Origin: Gammaproteobacteria bacterium
GTDB lineage: Bacteria > Pseudomonadota > Gammaproteobacteria > Eutrophobiales > Eutrophobiaceae
Direction: 5' to 3'
Length of the DNA: 64,000 nucleotides
Assembly (NCBI GenBank): GCA_965261775.1
Contig: OZ253477.1
Span: 1,738,178 to 1,802,177 of the forward strand
Shown here piece by piece: positions 31,342-42,175 of the stretch (position 1 is its first letter; each line of letters begins with the position of its first letter). Made by a program: the position numbers and the translations under genes. The notes under the pieces are model-generated. The model ran no database searches. It was not told where the DNA came from and saw nothing but the letters and a program-made list of their open reading frames with translations.

Positions 31342-32487
31342 ATGCGGGCTTTCAGTTCCAAGAGGCGATTCGTCTGTTGTGCGATGCTTGGTTTGGGTGG
31401 GATGGCGTTTTCCCCGTTTATGCGGGCGGGGAATTCAATATCTGGTAAATTGCTGCTCCGCGAGACGCAGTTTGATGTGACACTGGGTATTGAAATCCCC
31501 GCTGGCAGTTCTATTCGCCAAGTGGCGCAGTCAAATCAGCCGGTGATCAGAAACCAGCCTTTTCTCTGGCACGGTGCTCCAGATGGCGGTGCCTGTTTTG
31601 CGACCAAAGATAATGGCTGGATATATGTTTCCAACAGCGAAATGCGTGATGACGAAGGTGGTGTCAGCGCTATACGGTTTAACAGCCGGGCTGAAATTAT
31701 TGCCGCTTACCCAATCCTCAGGAATACATCCCTTAATTGCGCCGGGGGTCGGACGCCGTGGCAGACTTGGTTATCCTGCGAGGAAAACGGAGATGATGGA
31801 CAGGTCTATGAGTGTGACCCTTTTGGCGAACAGCACGCTGTCGTGCGTCCGGCAATGGGTTCATTTAACCATGAGGCAGCGACAGTTGATCCGACCACGG
31901 GTGACGTTTACATGACCGAAGATGTCAAAGACGGTTGCCTTTACCGCTTCAGACCGACGGTACAGGGTGACTTATCTTCAGGGATTCTGGAAGTAGCCAT
32001 AAACGGCAAAAACGTGTTAATGTGGAAGCAAATTGGAGACCCGTCAGGCAAAAGAGGTCCGTTGCGTTATCAGTTTGATGAGGCGGCCAGATTCAAGGGC
32101 GGGGAAGGTATCGTCTATTATGACGGACAGGTTTTCTTCACGACCAAGAGGGATAATACCGTGTGGCGATACGATACGCACAGGGGTTCAATAGGCGCGA
32201 TATACAAGGGAAGCGATTACCAAAATCCCTTGCTGACGGGGCTGGATAATATTGAAGTTTCCCACTCGGGTGAATTGATCATCGCCGAGGATGGCGGTAA
32301 TATGCAGATCGTCGCTTTGGATCATGATTATCATCCCCATGCGCTGGTTACGGTATACGGGCAGGACAGATCGGAAATAACGGGCCCCGCCTTTTCGCCA
32401 GATGGCCGACGGCTGTACTTTTCTTCACAACGAGGAAAAACAGGCAGAAGCAGGGATGGTATCAGTTACGAATTGACAATGCCCTGA
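31342..32487 (+). CDS. PhoX/DUF839-family putative secreted phosphatase-like beta-propeller protein
   Basis: Candidate Tat signal (SKRRFVCCAMLGLGGMAF) and the DUF839/PhoX signature NCAGGRTPWQTWLSCEEN. The ORF track begins 84 nt further upstream. Confidence 0.65.
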   Translation: MRAFSSKRRFVCCAMLGLGGMAFSPFMRAGNSISGKLLLRETQFDVTLGIEIPAGSSIRQVAQSNQPVIRNQPFLWHGAPDGGACFATKDNGWIYVSNSEMRDDEGGVSAIRFNSRAEIIAAYPILRNTSLNCAGGRTPWQTWLSCEENGDDGQVYECDPFGEQHAVVRPAMGSFNHEAATVDPTTGDVYMTEDVKDGCLYRFRPTVQGDLSSGILEVAINGKNVLMWKQIGDPSGKRGPLRYQFDEAARFKGGEGIVYYDGQVFFTTKRDNTVWRYDTHRGSIGAIYKGSDYQNPLLTGLDNIEVSHSGELIIAEDGGNMQIVALDHDYHPHALVTVYGQDRSEITGPAFSPDGRRLYFSSQRGKTGRSRDGISYELTMP

Positions 32488-32669
32488 ATTGATGGATGCG
32501 GTGGTTCCTGTGCCGCGATTGCAATAGCAAAATATATCCGCCGTCGGAATGCGCCGAACACCAAGACAACGATATATTGACAAGGCACATAGGATATTTG
32601 TGGATAAAATATTGTCGACCCTCGTGTGTGAGGGGCTACATGAAAAGGCCATCTGCAGAAATCGCTAAG

Positions 32670-32865
32670 ATAGCGGGTATCAACCACGATATCGTCTCAG
32701 ACATTGAACTTGAACCAAGGTTCAAGGTGGGTGTCCCGGCCGGTACATCAGGCTTGCCATGAAATGGCCATGCACATCACAATACCGCGTCAAACTCCCG
32801 TTTTCGTAACTTATAAGCTCAAGTTACCATGAGCAGATAACGAATATCACAGAAGATACCCAAAT
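32670..32865 (-). ncRNA. ssrS: 6S RNA (SsrS)
   Basis: The minus strand immediately downstream of zapA contains the conserved 6S 3'-central hairpin CACCUUGAACCUUGGUUCAAG (E. coli CACCUUGAACCAAGGGUUCAAGG). A closing terminal stem pairs 5' GGGUAUC with 3' GAUACCC. Total length is about 190 nt. The placement matches the zapA-ssrS synteny. Confidence 0.6.
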
Positions 32866-32896
32866 TTGTCTTTGCAACAGAATCAATATAAACAGT

Positions 32897-33211
32897 TTAT
32901 GCGTCAAGCCGTTTCTCTTCGGTTAACGCACTATCAAGCTTCATATGCAACCGTTTAAGTACCATGTTTATCTCCAAATTATAGTCACTATTTTGTTGTT
33001 TGCAAGTCAGAAATTCATCGGTGATATTCAGAGCGGTCATTACCGCGATGCGTTCGGAACCTATGACCCCGCTGTTCTTCTTCGTCTCCAGCGTCTTTTT
33101 GTTCAGGTAAGCGACAGCGTCAAGGAGCGGTTTTTTTTCTTCTTCCGTACAGTTAATAAGATAGTCTTTGTCAAGAATAGTTACCTTTACCGGTTGTTTT
33201 GCTTTGTTCAT
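32897..33211 (-). CDS. zapA: Cell division protein ZapA
   Basis: VKVTILDKDYLINCTEEEKKPLLDAVAYLNKK...ERIAVMTALNITDE. 104 aa. Confidence 0.9.
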   Translation of the reverse strand: MNKAKQPVKVTILDKDYLINCTEEEKKPLLDAVAYLNKKTLETKKNSGVIGSERIAVMTALNITDEFLTCKQQNSDYNLEINMVLKRLHMKLDSALTEEKRLDA

Positions 33212-33426
33212 GAGCTTTTTTCCATTGCATGCAGACGGGTAATCATTGATTCTATACGCATTCTGGCCTGTTCCGTTTTTTTGATCAGAGTAGCGCGTTC
33301 ATTGATCAAGTTTGTCTGCTGATTTCGCAGCGCTTGATTTTCCGATGTCAGTTTCTTAACCCTGCTGACGAGTTCATCAACACGTTTTTCCAGTACACTC
33401 AGATCAATATTCGCGTTGTTGTTCAT
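33208..33426 (-). CDS. Small coiled-coil protein of the family found upstream of zapA (TIGR02449-like)
   Basis: 72-aa all-helical heptad sequence that overlaps the zapA start by 4 nt. Pseudomonas has the same arrangement. Confidence 0.65.
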   Translation of the reverse strand: MNNNANIDLSVLEKRVDELVSRVKKLTSENQALRNQQTNLINERATLIKKTEQARMRIESMITRLHAMEKSS

Positions 33427-33785
33427 GGCGATTTTTCAGAAAGGTTGAAAGTAACAGTGATGAATTTACCTTATTTTCATTGCCGTTTATATGCTGAATA
33501 TTAGAAAGGCTCGCTTAATAGGTCAACAGTCTGTCATATTTATTTCGGTTTTAACTTCTTCCCTCCCGACATTTTCGGAGAGACACCCCGGTAAAAAGCC
33601 GGCATATACGATGCGTCTCAATAGGGATATAATCTCCGCTGGTTCAGGGACGAAAGCGAAGGCCATTACACCCCGTTTTTTGTTTATGCAATAGAGAATG
33701 AGGCAGTTGAAGATGATTTTCTTGAAAAATGAATTATATTCACAATACTGGTGTATCGCCGTAACGGTGATCATGGGGGCCGCTC

Positions 33786-35129
33786 TTGATGAATGACCCT
33801 GCGACCCTGCCCGTGACGGAGAAAAAAGAATATGAGCGCCGTCGTAAGAGACTAATGGACATGATTGGCGCCAATAGCATTGCAATACTACCTACGGCGT
33901 CGGTTTGTATGCGTAATCGTGATGTCGGCTTCCCCTTCCGCCCCGACAGCGATTTTTATTACCTGACCGGTTATTCGGAGCCTGAGGCTGTTGTCGTTTT
34001 GATCCCTGATCGCGTTGAAGGCGAATTTATTTTATTTTGCCGGGAGCGCGATCCGGATAAGGAAATGTGGCACGGGTGCCGGGTCGGTCTCAAGGGTGCA
34101 GTGGACATTTACGGTGCCAATGACGCCTATCCGATTGAGGATATAGACGATATTCTGCCCAACCTGATTAAAAACCACGAGCGTGTTTTTTACAATATGG
34201 GCAATCATCCGCATTTTGATCAGCGCATACCGGTCTGGGTTAACCAGATTAGGCGTAGTGTCCGCACCGGTATTGTTGCGCCAGACACCTTTATATCGCT
34301 GAATCATTTTTTACATGATATGCGCCTGTATAAAAGCCCCTATGAAATAGGGTTGATGCGTCGGGCCGCTGGAATATCCGCCGCTGCGCACAAACGTGCG
34401 ATGCAAAACTGTCGTCCCGGTCTATATGAATATCAGATCGAAGCCGAATTGTTACATGAATTTATGCGACGTGGTGCCCGCGCACCGGCCTATCCTGCCA
34501 TCGTTGGTGCGGGAACGAACGGTTGTATATTGCATTACACGGATAATCGGGCGTCCATGGTGGCTGGCGATTTATTGTTGATCGACGCAGGGGCGGAATA
34601 CCAGGGTTACGCGAGCGACATTACGCGGACTTTCCCCGTCAATGGCCGGTTTTCCGGTGCGCAACGGAAAGTTTATGAACTGGTGTTGGCGGCACAGCTC
34701 GCTGCCATCGCGAAAGTCAGATCTGGCAGGAAATGGAATGAACCACATGACGCGGCGGTCAGGGTGTTGACTGAAGGTATGGTGGAACTGGGCATTCTGA
34801 AAGGCAAGTCAGATAAACTGATAAAAGAACAGCGCTATACGCAGTACTATATGCATCAGACCGGACACTGGCTTGGTATGGATGTGCACGATGTAGGTGA
34901 TTATAAAGTAGATGGCGAGTGGCGCACGCTAGAACCCGGCATGGTTATGACCATTGAACCCGGACTTTATCTGCCCGCCAATACCCGTGGGCTTAATAAA
35001 AAATGGTGGAATATCGGTATCCGTATTGAAGATGATGTGTTGGTTACGAAACAGGGGTGCGAAATATTCAGTCGGGATGCGCCCAAAGACCCGGACGAGA
35101 TAGAGGGACTAATGGTTGATGCGGCATGA
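33786..35129 (+). CDS. pepP: Xaa-Pro aminopeptidase
   Basis: Pita-bread fold with metal ligands (DAGAEYQGYASDITRT, HQTGHWLGMDVHD, EPGMVMTIEPG). 447 aa. Confidence 0.93.
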   Translation: MMNDPATLPVTEKKEYERRRKRLMDMIGANSIAILPTASVCMRNRDVGFPFRPDSDFYYLTGYSEPEAVVVLIPDRVEGEFILFCRERDPDKEMWHGCRVGLKGAVDIYGANDAYPIEDIDDILPNLIKNHERVFYNMGNHPHFDQRIPVWVNQIRRSVRTGIVAPDTFISLNHFLHDMRLYKSPYEIGLMRRAAGISAAAHKRAMQNCRPGLYEYQIEAELLHEFMRRGARAPAYPAIVGAGTNGCILHYTDNRASMVAGDLLLIDAGAEYQGYASDITRTFPVNGRFSGAQRKVYELVLAAQLAAIAKVRSGRKWNEPHDAAVRVLTEGMVELGILKGKSDKLIKEQRYTQYYMHQTGHWLGMDVHDVGDYKVDGEWRTLEPGMVMTIEPGLYLPANTRGLNKKWWNIGIRIEDDVLVTKQGCEIFSRDAPKDPDEIEGLMVDAA

Positions 35130-36333
35130 TTACGACATCGCTATCATCGGGGCCGGTATGACTGGCGCTAGTCTGGCCTGTGCACTGGCCCCGTCTAGAC
35201 GGTGTATCGCCGTTATTGAGCCGACCCTGCCAGATAATGACCGGCGCACCACTTATGATGATCGGGGCATTACGCTTTCGCCCTCGTCAAGGCGGGTATT
35301 GGAACATATCGGAGTTTGGCGACAACTGTCCGCGCACATCACTCCGATAACACAGATACATATTTCAGAACGGGGTCATTTTGGCATGGTGCGCCTAAAG
35401 GCATCCGATTTGGGCAGGCCGGAGCTGGCTTATGTCGCGATCGCGAAAAAGCTCGGTCAGGCGTTACACCAGCGGCTGAATAGTATCAATAATATCATGT
35501 TGCTTTGTCCGGCGGAATTAAACCGTTTTCAATATATTGACCGGGGTGTCAGCCTGGATATCCGCGTCGAAAATGATAATCGGACGATAACAGCCGGACT
35601 GTTGGTTGCCTGCGACGGCAGCCATTCACGGGTAAGACATCTTGCCGGTATTGACGTAAAAGAAAACGATTTCAGACAGGTTGCGATGGTTGCTGGTATC
35701 ACGACGCAGAAAGCGAATAATGGCGTTGCCTACGAGCGTTTTACCCCGCATGGGCCGATTGCCTTGTTGCCCGTCGGCGCGAATAAATCGGTATTGGTAT
35801 TCACGGTGGAAAGCGATGAGGCTGAACGGTATATGGCAAAATCCGACGCGCAGTTTATCCGTGATATAGAATGTGAGTTTGGCCGCCGCCTGGGCGGGAT
35901 TGAGTATATCGGCGCCCGCCGTTCCTATCCCGTCAAGTTTATCAAAGCGCTTGAGCAGATTCAGCGCCGCCTGGTGTTGTTGGGTAATGCGGCGCAGACA
36001 TTGCATCCCAATGCCGCGCAGGGCTTCAACCTCGGCCTGCGCGATGTGGCGGGTCTGGCAGAGTGCGTACTGAATGGGACTGATAGGGGTATGGAGCCGG
36101 GTGACGCCGATATACTACGGGACTACCATGATCTCAGAAAAAAGGATCAGGACAAAATCATACGATTTACCAATACGATCGCATCATGTTTTTATAACCG
36201 TTTGCCGATATTAAGCTCCGCGAGAAATCTGGGGTTGTTATTGCTGGATATTATGCCCGGCGTCAAATTACCTCTAGCGGATGTGGCGATGGGTTTATCC
36301 GGTATACAGCCGAAGATCGTCAGGGAAGGGTAG
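35116..36333 (+). CDS. ubiH: 2-octaprenyl-6-methoxyphenol hydroxylase (FAD-dependent monooxygenase)
   Basis: DIAIIGAGMTGASLA FAD motif and UbiH/UbiF family motifs. It follows pepP as in E. coli and Pseudomonas. Confidence 0.88.
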   Translation: MMRHDYDIAIIGAGMTGASLACALAPSRRCIAVIEPTLPDNDRRTTYDDRGITLSPSSRRVLEHIGVWRQLSAHITPITQIHISERGHFGMVRLKASDLGRPELAYVAIAKKLGQALHQRLNSINNIMLLCPAELNRFQYIDRGVSLDIRVENDNRTITAGLLVACDGSHSRVRHLAGIDVKENDFRQVAMVAGITTQKANNGVAYERFTPHGPIALLPVGANKSVLVFTVESDEAERYMAKSDAQFIRDIECEFGRRLGGIEYIGARRSYPVKFIKALEQIQRRLVLLGNAAQTLHPNAAQGFNLGLRDVAGLAECVLNGTDRGMEPGDADILRDYHDLRKKDQDKIIRFTNTIASCFYNRLPILSSARNLGLLLLDIMPGVKLPLADVAMGLSGIQPKIVREG

Positions 36334-36335
36334 GA

Positions 36336-37565
36336 GTGGCATTATCTAAACAGAAACTTGACGCCGATGTCATTGTTGTCGGTGGCAGCATTGTCGGTGG
36401 AACGTTTGCGTGTTTGTTAGCCCGGGCCGGGTTCAGGGTGATACTGCTTAATGCGGACGAGAGACAGACCCTGACCGCTATACAGGCGGATGTACGTACC
36501 CTTGCCATCAGCATTGCTTCGGCGCAAATTTTGAAACGAGCGGGTGCGTGGCAACGCCTGCCTCGGGACAAGGTTGCCAAGTTCACCAAGATGTATGTAT
36601 GGGATGAAAACAGTGACGGCGAGGTATACTTTAATAGCGCCTCCATCTGTCAGGCGAGGATGGGTTATATCATTCCACAGAGGGAGATCGTCGTCGCCTT
36701 GCAGGCGCAGTTACATGATATGGAAAATGTACGTTGTTTATGGTCGGTTTCCCCCACCCGACTGGAAGTTCAGGATAAAACAGCGTGGGTTGTTACCGAA
36801 GAGGGTTTACGATTCAGCGCCAGACTGCTTGTTGCCGCCGATGGGAGTCATTCCGGTGTCAGGCGTCTGGCCGGTATTTATCACCAGCGACACGACTATA
36901 AACAGTCTGCGCTGGCTTGCGTGGTCACTACGGAATATCCGCATGAAAAAGTAGCCCGACAACGTTTTCTTGAATACGGACCCCTGGCGTTTCTGCCAAT
37001 GGTCTCGCCGCATCAGTCCGCGATTGTCTGGTCCGGCCGTCCAGGCGACATCCGGCGTCTGCAGAAAATAGACGAAACCGCATTTCATGACGAATTGGCG
37101 GAGGCCTTCAATCATAAACTGGGCGCGGTCAGTCGTAGCGGCGAACGCTTTGTTTTTCCTCTGGGCAGGATGCAGGCAGAATGTTATTGCAAACCGCGTA
37201 TCGCCCTAATCGGCGACAGTGCACACACCGTTCATCCGCTGGCGGGTTTGGGTGCCAATCTCGGTCTTTTGGACGCCGCAGTATTGGTTGAAACAATAAC
37301 GGATTGCCATCGGCGCGGGCGAGATTTTGGTCTCATGCAGGTGTTGCGTCGCTATGAGCGCTGTCGCAAGTTTGAAAACCGTACTGTAATGTATCTGCTG
37401 GATGGGATAAAATACCTTTTTGAAGATAATCGCCATCCCTTGCGCGGGCTACGTAGTATCGGTCTTGATATGTTTGACGGTTTGCCTCTGCTCAAACCGA
37501 TCATTATGAAAAGGGCCATGGGGCTGGAAGGCGACCTGCCGCAGATGGCACGTCATGGACGATGA
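36336..37565 (+). CDS. ubiI: 2-octaprenylphenol hydroxylase (UbiI/VisC family FAD monooxygenase)
   Basis: DVIVVGGSIVGGTFA FAD motif. It is a paralog of ubiH in the canonical ubiH-ubiI tandem. Confidence 0.85.
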   Translation: MALSKQKLDADVIVVGGSIVGGTFACLLARAGFRVILLNADERQTLTAIQADVRTLAISIASAQILKRAGAWQRLPRDKVAKFTKMYVWDENSDGEVYFNSASICQARMGYIIPQREIVVALQAQLHDMENVRCLWSVSPTRLEVQDKTAWVVTEEGLRFSARLLVAADGSHSGVRRLAGIYHQRHDYKQSALACVVTTEYPHEKVARQRFLEYGPLAFLPMVSPHQSAIVWSGRPGDIRRLQKIDETAFHDELAEAFNHKLGAVSRSGERFVFPLGRMQAECYCKPRIALIGDSAHTVHPLAGLGANLGLLDAAVLVETITDCHRRGRDFGLMQVLRRYERCRKFENRTVMYLLDGIKYLFEDNRHPLRGLRSIGLDMFDGLPLLKPIIMKRAMGLEGDLPQMARHGR

Positions 37566-37587
37566 CAGCATTGCTCTGGAGTAAATC

Positions 37588-39276
37588 ATGTCCGATAGCC
37601 CTGATACCAATACCAATAACTTTATCCGCAATATCATCAACGATGATATAAAGCGGAATAAAAATGGCGTCAAGGTGCTCACGCGTTTCCCGCCTGAACC
37701 GAATGGCTATTTACATATAGGTCACGCCAAATCAATGTGCCTTAACTTTGGCTTGGCGGCGGACTATGATGGTTTTTGCAACTTGCGTTTTGATGATACC
37801 AACCCGGAAAAAGAAGAGGCTGAATACACGGAGGCGATAGAGCGTGACATCAAATGGCTGGGTTTCACATGGGATGAACGCCGTTTCTTCGCCTCAGATT
37901 ATTTTGAAAAATTATACGAATTTGCGCGATGTCTGATCCAGAAAGGCAAGGCTTATGTTGATCATCTGTCGGCAGATGAAATAAGGGAGTATCGGGGGAC
38001 ATTGACCGAGCCGGGGAAGCCCAGTCCATATCGTGATCGTAGTGTTGACGAAAATCTGGAACTGTTTGCACGCATGCGCAACGGTGAGTTTGCAGAAGGG
38101 GAATGTTTGTTACGGGCAAAGATTGATATGGCCTCACCGAATGTCAATATGCGCGACCCGGCTATTTATCGGATTAAAAAAAGGGAACACCATCGTACCG
38201 GGAATAAATGGTGTATCTATCCACTGTATGATTATACGCATTGCCTGTCCGACGCCCTGGAAGGGGTTACTTATTCATTATGCACGCTTGAATTTGAAGA
38301 CCACCGTCCTCTGTATGACTGGTTTCTGGAACAGTTGAACGTACCCTGTCGCCCCCGCCAGATTGAGTTTGCGCGCCTTAATCTAGCCTACACGGTTACC
38401 AGCAAGCGAAAACTAAAAGAACTGGTAGAAGATGAGATCGTCTCTGGCTGGGACGACCCGCGTATGCCGACGATAATCGGGATGCGTCGTCGCGGTTATC
38501 CTCCAGCGGCCATCCGTGATTTCTGCGAACGTATCGGCGTCACAAAAAGTGACAGTTTGGTGGAGTTCAGCGTTCTGGAAAACTGTGTCAGGGCCAATCT
38601 GGAAAAGCACGCACGTCGGATGCTGGCAGTCCTGAATCCTCTCAAGATCGTTGTTGAAAATTATCCTGAGAATCATACCGAAAAGCTGGAGGCGCCTTGG
38701 CACCCGCAAAAGCCAGAAATGGGAAGTCGCCTGCTCCCCTTCTCGCGGGAACTCTATATTGAGCGCGATGACTTTATGGAATATCCGTCTGGAAAATTCT
38801 TTCGTCTGGGACCGGGGCGGGAAGTCCGGTTGCGTTATGCCTACTGTATTACCTGCCATGAAGTGATTAAAAATGATAACGGTGATATTGTTGAGCTGAG
38901 GTGTTGCTACGATCCCGCCACTCGGGGCGGCAAAACGCCGGATGGGCGCAAGGTTCGGGGGACGATCCACTGGGTATCGGCGGCGCATGCCCTGACTGCT
39001 AAAGTGAGACTGTATGACAAGCTGTTTCTTGATCCCAGACCGGATAGTAACCAGCATGAAACAGACTGGAAAACATTTCTCAATCCCAATTCGTCCAGGA
39101 TTATAGAAAAAGCCAGTCTAGAACCTTCTCTGATCGGGGCCGAACCGGAAATGGTATTTCAATTCGAACGTCTCGGTTATTTTTACGTTGATAGCAAAGA
39201 CAGCAGGAAGGGAAAGCCCGTCTTTAACCGTATCGTTACCCTGAGAGATTCCTGGGCAAAGCAGAAAGGAAAATAG
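37588..39276 (+). CDS. glnS: Glutaminyl-tRNA synthetase
   Basis: HIGH motif ([14 protein letters not shown]), VTSKR (KMSKS variant), 562 aa. Confidence 0.94.
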   Translation: MSDSPDTNTNNFIRNIINDDIKRNKNGVKVLTRFPPEPNGYLHIGHAKSMCLNFGLAADYDGFCNLRFDDTNPEKEEAEYTEAIERDIKWLGFTWDERRFFASDYFEKLYEFARCLIQKGKAYVDHLSADEIREYRGTLTEPGKPSPYRDRSVDENLELFARMRNGEFAEGECLLRAKIDMASPNVNMRDPAIYRIKKREHHRTGNKWCIYPLYDYTHCLSDALEGVTYSLCTLEFEDHRPLYDWFLEQLNVPCRPRQIEFARLNLAYTVTSKRKLKELVEDEIVSGWDDPRMPTIIGMRRRGYPPAAIRDFCERIGVTKSDSLVEFSVLENCVRANLEKHARRMLAVLNPLKIVVENYPENHTEKLEAPWHPQKPEMGSRLLPFSRELYIERDDFMEYPSGKFFRLGPGREVRLRYAYCITCHEVIKNDNGDIVELRCCYDPATRGGKTPDGRKVRGTIHWVSAAHALTAKVRLYDKLFLDPRPDSNQHETDWKTFLNPNSSRIIEKASLEPSLIGAEPEMVFQFERLGYFYVDSKDSRKGKPVFNRIVTLRDSWAKQKGK

Positions 39277-39511
39277 GTTAATATTCTTATCTCCGGTACT
39301 AGCCGTTATTAGTAGAAAGTAGAAAGATTATTTATGCTTGTTTATGACAAATCAGCCCGTGAGCTAATGATGAGGGATATGGTTTCTGTTCCGCGGTTGA
39401 TAAGTCGCATTTCAGGTTGTATTCAGGGGGCAATACCCCCTTCCTATACTCCGAATGTTCAATTGGGCAAATATTGCTTTTTGGCAGACTTGGAAAAAGT
39501 CAACTGAATAC

Positions 39512-40408
39512 ATGCAGATAAATCCGGACATACTGTATCGTTCACGGCTTGACAGTTTGCCACTGATTCACAGTGGCAAGGTCAGAGACCTTTACGCCGT
39601 TGATGATCGGCACATGTTGATTGTGACCAGCGACAGGATCTCGGCCTTTGACGTTGTCTTGCCGGACCTCATACCAGGGAAAGGCCAGATTCTGAACGAA
39701 ATATCCAATTTCTGGTTCGGAAAATTTGAGCGCCTCATCCCTAATCATCTTGTCGCTGTCGGAGTGGGAGACGTTATTGAAGACCCGGATGAACTTGAGA
39801 TGCTTGCTGGGCGTGCCGTGGTTGTCAAAAAATTAAAGGCCTTATCGGTAGAGGCGGTCGTGCGCGGCTATCTCATTGGTTCCGGTTGGAAGGACTACCA
39901 AACAAGCCATTCCGTTTGCGGGATCCCGTTACCGGATAATTTGCAACAGGCGGAAAAACTATCAGAGCCGCTCTTTACCCCGGCAACAAAGGCCAATGTC
40001 GGTGAGCATGACGAAAATATTGATTTTAAGCGAATGGCCGATTTGACTGGTCGGGAAACGGCGGAGCAGATACGGGATATCAGCATCCGGCTTTACTCCT
40101 TGGCGGCGGAGTATGCTTTGGAGAAAAATATTATTATTGCGGATACCAAGTTTGAATTTGGCTTGGATGATAACGGAGAACTGGTTTTAATTGATGAGTT
40201 ACTCACGCCAGATTCTTCCCGTTTTTGGCCAATGGAATCTTACCGTGCGGGAACAAGCCCGCCTAGTTTCGACAAACAGTATGTTCGTGATTATCTGGAA
40301 AGTCTGGATTGGGACAAGCGCCCACCCGCCCCGTCCCTGTCGCCGCAGGTGATTGAAAACACCATGGCAAAGTATGCCGAGGCCAGAGACAAACTGATAT
40401 TGAGGTGA
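39512..40408 (+). CDS. purC: Phosphoribosylaminoimidazole-succinocarboxamide synthase (SAICAR synthetase), long form
   Basis: [11 protein letters not shown] and DRISAFD motifs. The start is placed at the internal Met (MQINPDILY); the ORF track extends 19 codons upstream. Confidence 0.88.
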   Translation: MQINPDILYRSRLDSLPLIHSGKVRDLYAVDDRHMLIVTSDRISAFDVVLPDLIPGKGQILNEISNFWFGKFERLIPNHLVAVGVGDVIEDPDELEMLAGRAVVVKKLKALSVEAVVRGYLIGSGWKDYQTSHSVCGIPLPDNLQQAEKLSEPLFTPATKANVGEHDENIDFKRMADLTGRETAEQIRDISIRLYSLAAEYALEKNIIIADTKFEFGLDDNGELVLIDELLTPDSSRFWPMESYRAGTSPPSFDKQYVRDYLESLDWDKRPPAPSLSPQVIENTMAKYAEARDKLILR

Positions 40409-40415
40409 GCTTGGT

Positions 40416-41054
40416 ATGTGGAAAATAGAGAAATTAATCGATGGTTATCAACGTTTCTATAGATGTTATTTTGAAGAACAGCCGGAGCGCTATGAAAGAC
40501 TGTTCAAAGTGGGTCAATCGCCGGGTGTGATGATAGTGGCCTGTTGCGATTCCAGAGTTCCCCCCGAACAGATAACGGACGCTGTGCCGGGCGATGTCTT
40601 TACCGTACGTAATGTCGCCAATCTTGTGCCGGAAAACGCCGCGCTGATAGAAGATTACAGTACCTGCGCCGCCGTGGAATTCGCTGTCAGATCTCTGGGT
40701 GTCAGGCATATTATTATCATGGGGCATAGTCAGTGTGGCGGGATAAGAAGACTCATGGAAGGAGACACCGATCAGACTTACGACTTTGTTGACTCTTGGA
40801 TGAAATCCATTAGTCACGTTCGCAAGGCTGTTTTAGATGTTCATTCCGGTAAGCCGTTTGCTGAACAGTGCGCCTTTTGTGAAAAGGCGTCTATTGTCAA
40901 TTCGCTTGAAAATCTGAAAACGTTTCCCTGGCTTAAAGAAAAGGTGGATGCGGGTGAACTGTCTTTGCACGGCTGGTATTTTGATATCGGCACGGGCAAT
41001 CTGCTTGTTGGACAGGATGATGAATTTATTCCTTTGGATGGAACAGGCGATTGA
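40416..41054 (+). CDS. Beta-class carbonic anhydrase
   Basis: CCDSRV and GHSQCGG zinc-ligand motifs. 212 aa. Confidence 0.9.
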   Translation: MWKIEKLIDGYQRFYRCYFEEQPERYERLFKVGQSPGVMIVACCDSRVPPEQITDAVPGDVFTVRNVANLVPENAALIEDYSTCAAVEFAVRSLGVRHIIIMGHSQCGGIRRLMEGDTDQTYDFVDSWMKSISHVRKAVLDVHSGKPFAEQCAFCEKASIVNSLENLKTFPWLKEKVDAGELSLHGWYFDIGTGNLLVGQDDEFIPLDGTGD

Positions 41055-42175
41055 GGACAGAGAGGTAAATATGCCGCACCTTGAAAAGGTTGCTCTAATG
41101 AGAGCGATGCCACGACCTCATCAGCAATATTCACATGTCGGTGACTCTTGAAACATTGGATGATATCCAGGGGGCTAGTGCCTACCTTGTTATTATGGTT
41201 TTTTCCTTATTCCCTTTATTGGTATCGATAGTGATCGGGGTCAAAGCAAAATAGAAGCGGGGGCAGGAGATTGGGGGCTATTGACGGCTTGTTAGGTGGG
41301 CATGGATATGACCCGGATCGGGGCAGAAAACTCTCAAAAGAGAAGCGCATATAAAACGTTTCCCATAGTTTACTTTATCCAGAAATGATCTGAATCTTTC
41401 CGATTAAAGCATTAAGGATAAACTAATTACGGATTTACAAAGCCCGCAGGGTCCCGCAATTAAGACCGCAAATCAAACCCATTTTGTGCATCTGGACACT
41501 CAGGTTGTTTCCATTGAAAGGTAAAGTGTATTAGAACCATTTGCGGAGCTCGGTTCCGTTTTGATATATTTGTGCTCGGGGTTTCTCCTAGCAAGACTAC
41601 AAGCAGCTCGAAAGAGAATAATCGAGAGTCATTATCTTAAAGTTATTATCTTAAGGCAAAATTAAGGCAAAAATCGCAGTTTCTGCCATTAATAAACAGG
41701 GGGTAGGAATATTTTAGACTGGAAGGATGATTCTTGTGCGGCTGGAGGGGTATGCGGGTTAACCCAATGTGGATTTTTGGAGCGATATATTGCTAAATAT
41801 GAACTAGTAAAAAAGGTATCTAAAGGAATGGAGACTCGTATGAGTTAAGGCGTCGAATTTAATGTAAGGTAATTAAATTCATAGGGTACAAATACGGTTG
41901 TGGCAAAGAGTGTGATTATATTATTCAGTCTATTTTGAAATTAGCTGCGATCACCTTCGCTTTTACACAAGAAGAAATTAGGGTTAGAGATATATCGTCT
42001 CCATAGCGATGAGATATTTTAAGAATGAGCCAATCGGGTCAAATTGACAGAAGCCTATGAAGCCAGATACGTAATCATTGAAGGTTTTTCGGGGGAAATT
42101 GGCAGATAGCAACAAAAAGACTAATTATCTTGCAGGAGATCAACTAATATGTTGTGTACTAACAGTATATCTATT

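Noticed and set aside
32496-32762. 88-aa plus-strand ORF (MRWFLCRDCNSKIYPPSE...)
   Set aside because: It lies antisense to and overlaps the predicted 6S RNA. It has no RBS and a poor codon pattern, and is most likely spurious.
39277-39454. GGGGGcaataCCCCC hairpin, AGTAGAAAG tandem repeat and a ~57-codon ORF between glnS and purC
   Set aside because: The hairpin lacks a U-tract. The ORF has no convincing RBS and its sequence is not conserved-looking. It is probably purC promoter or leader sequence.
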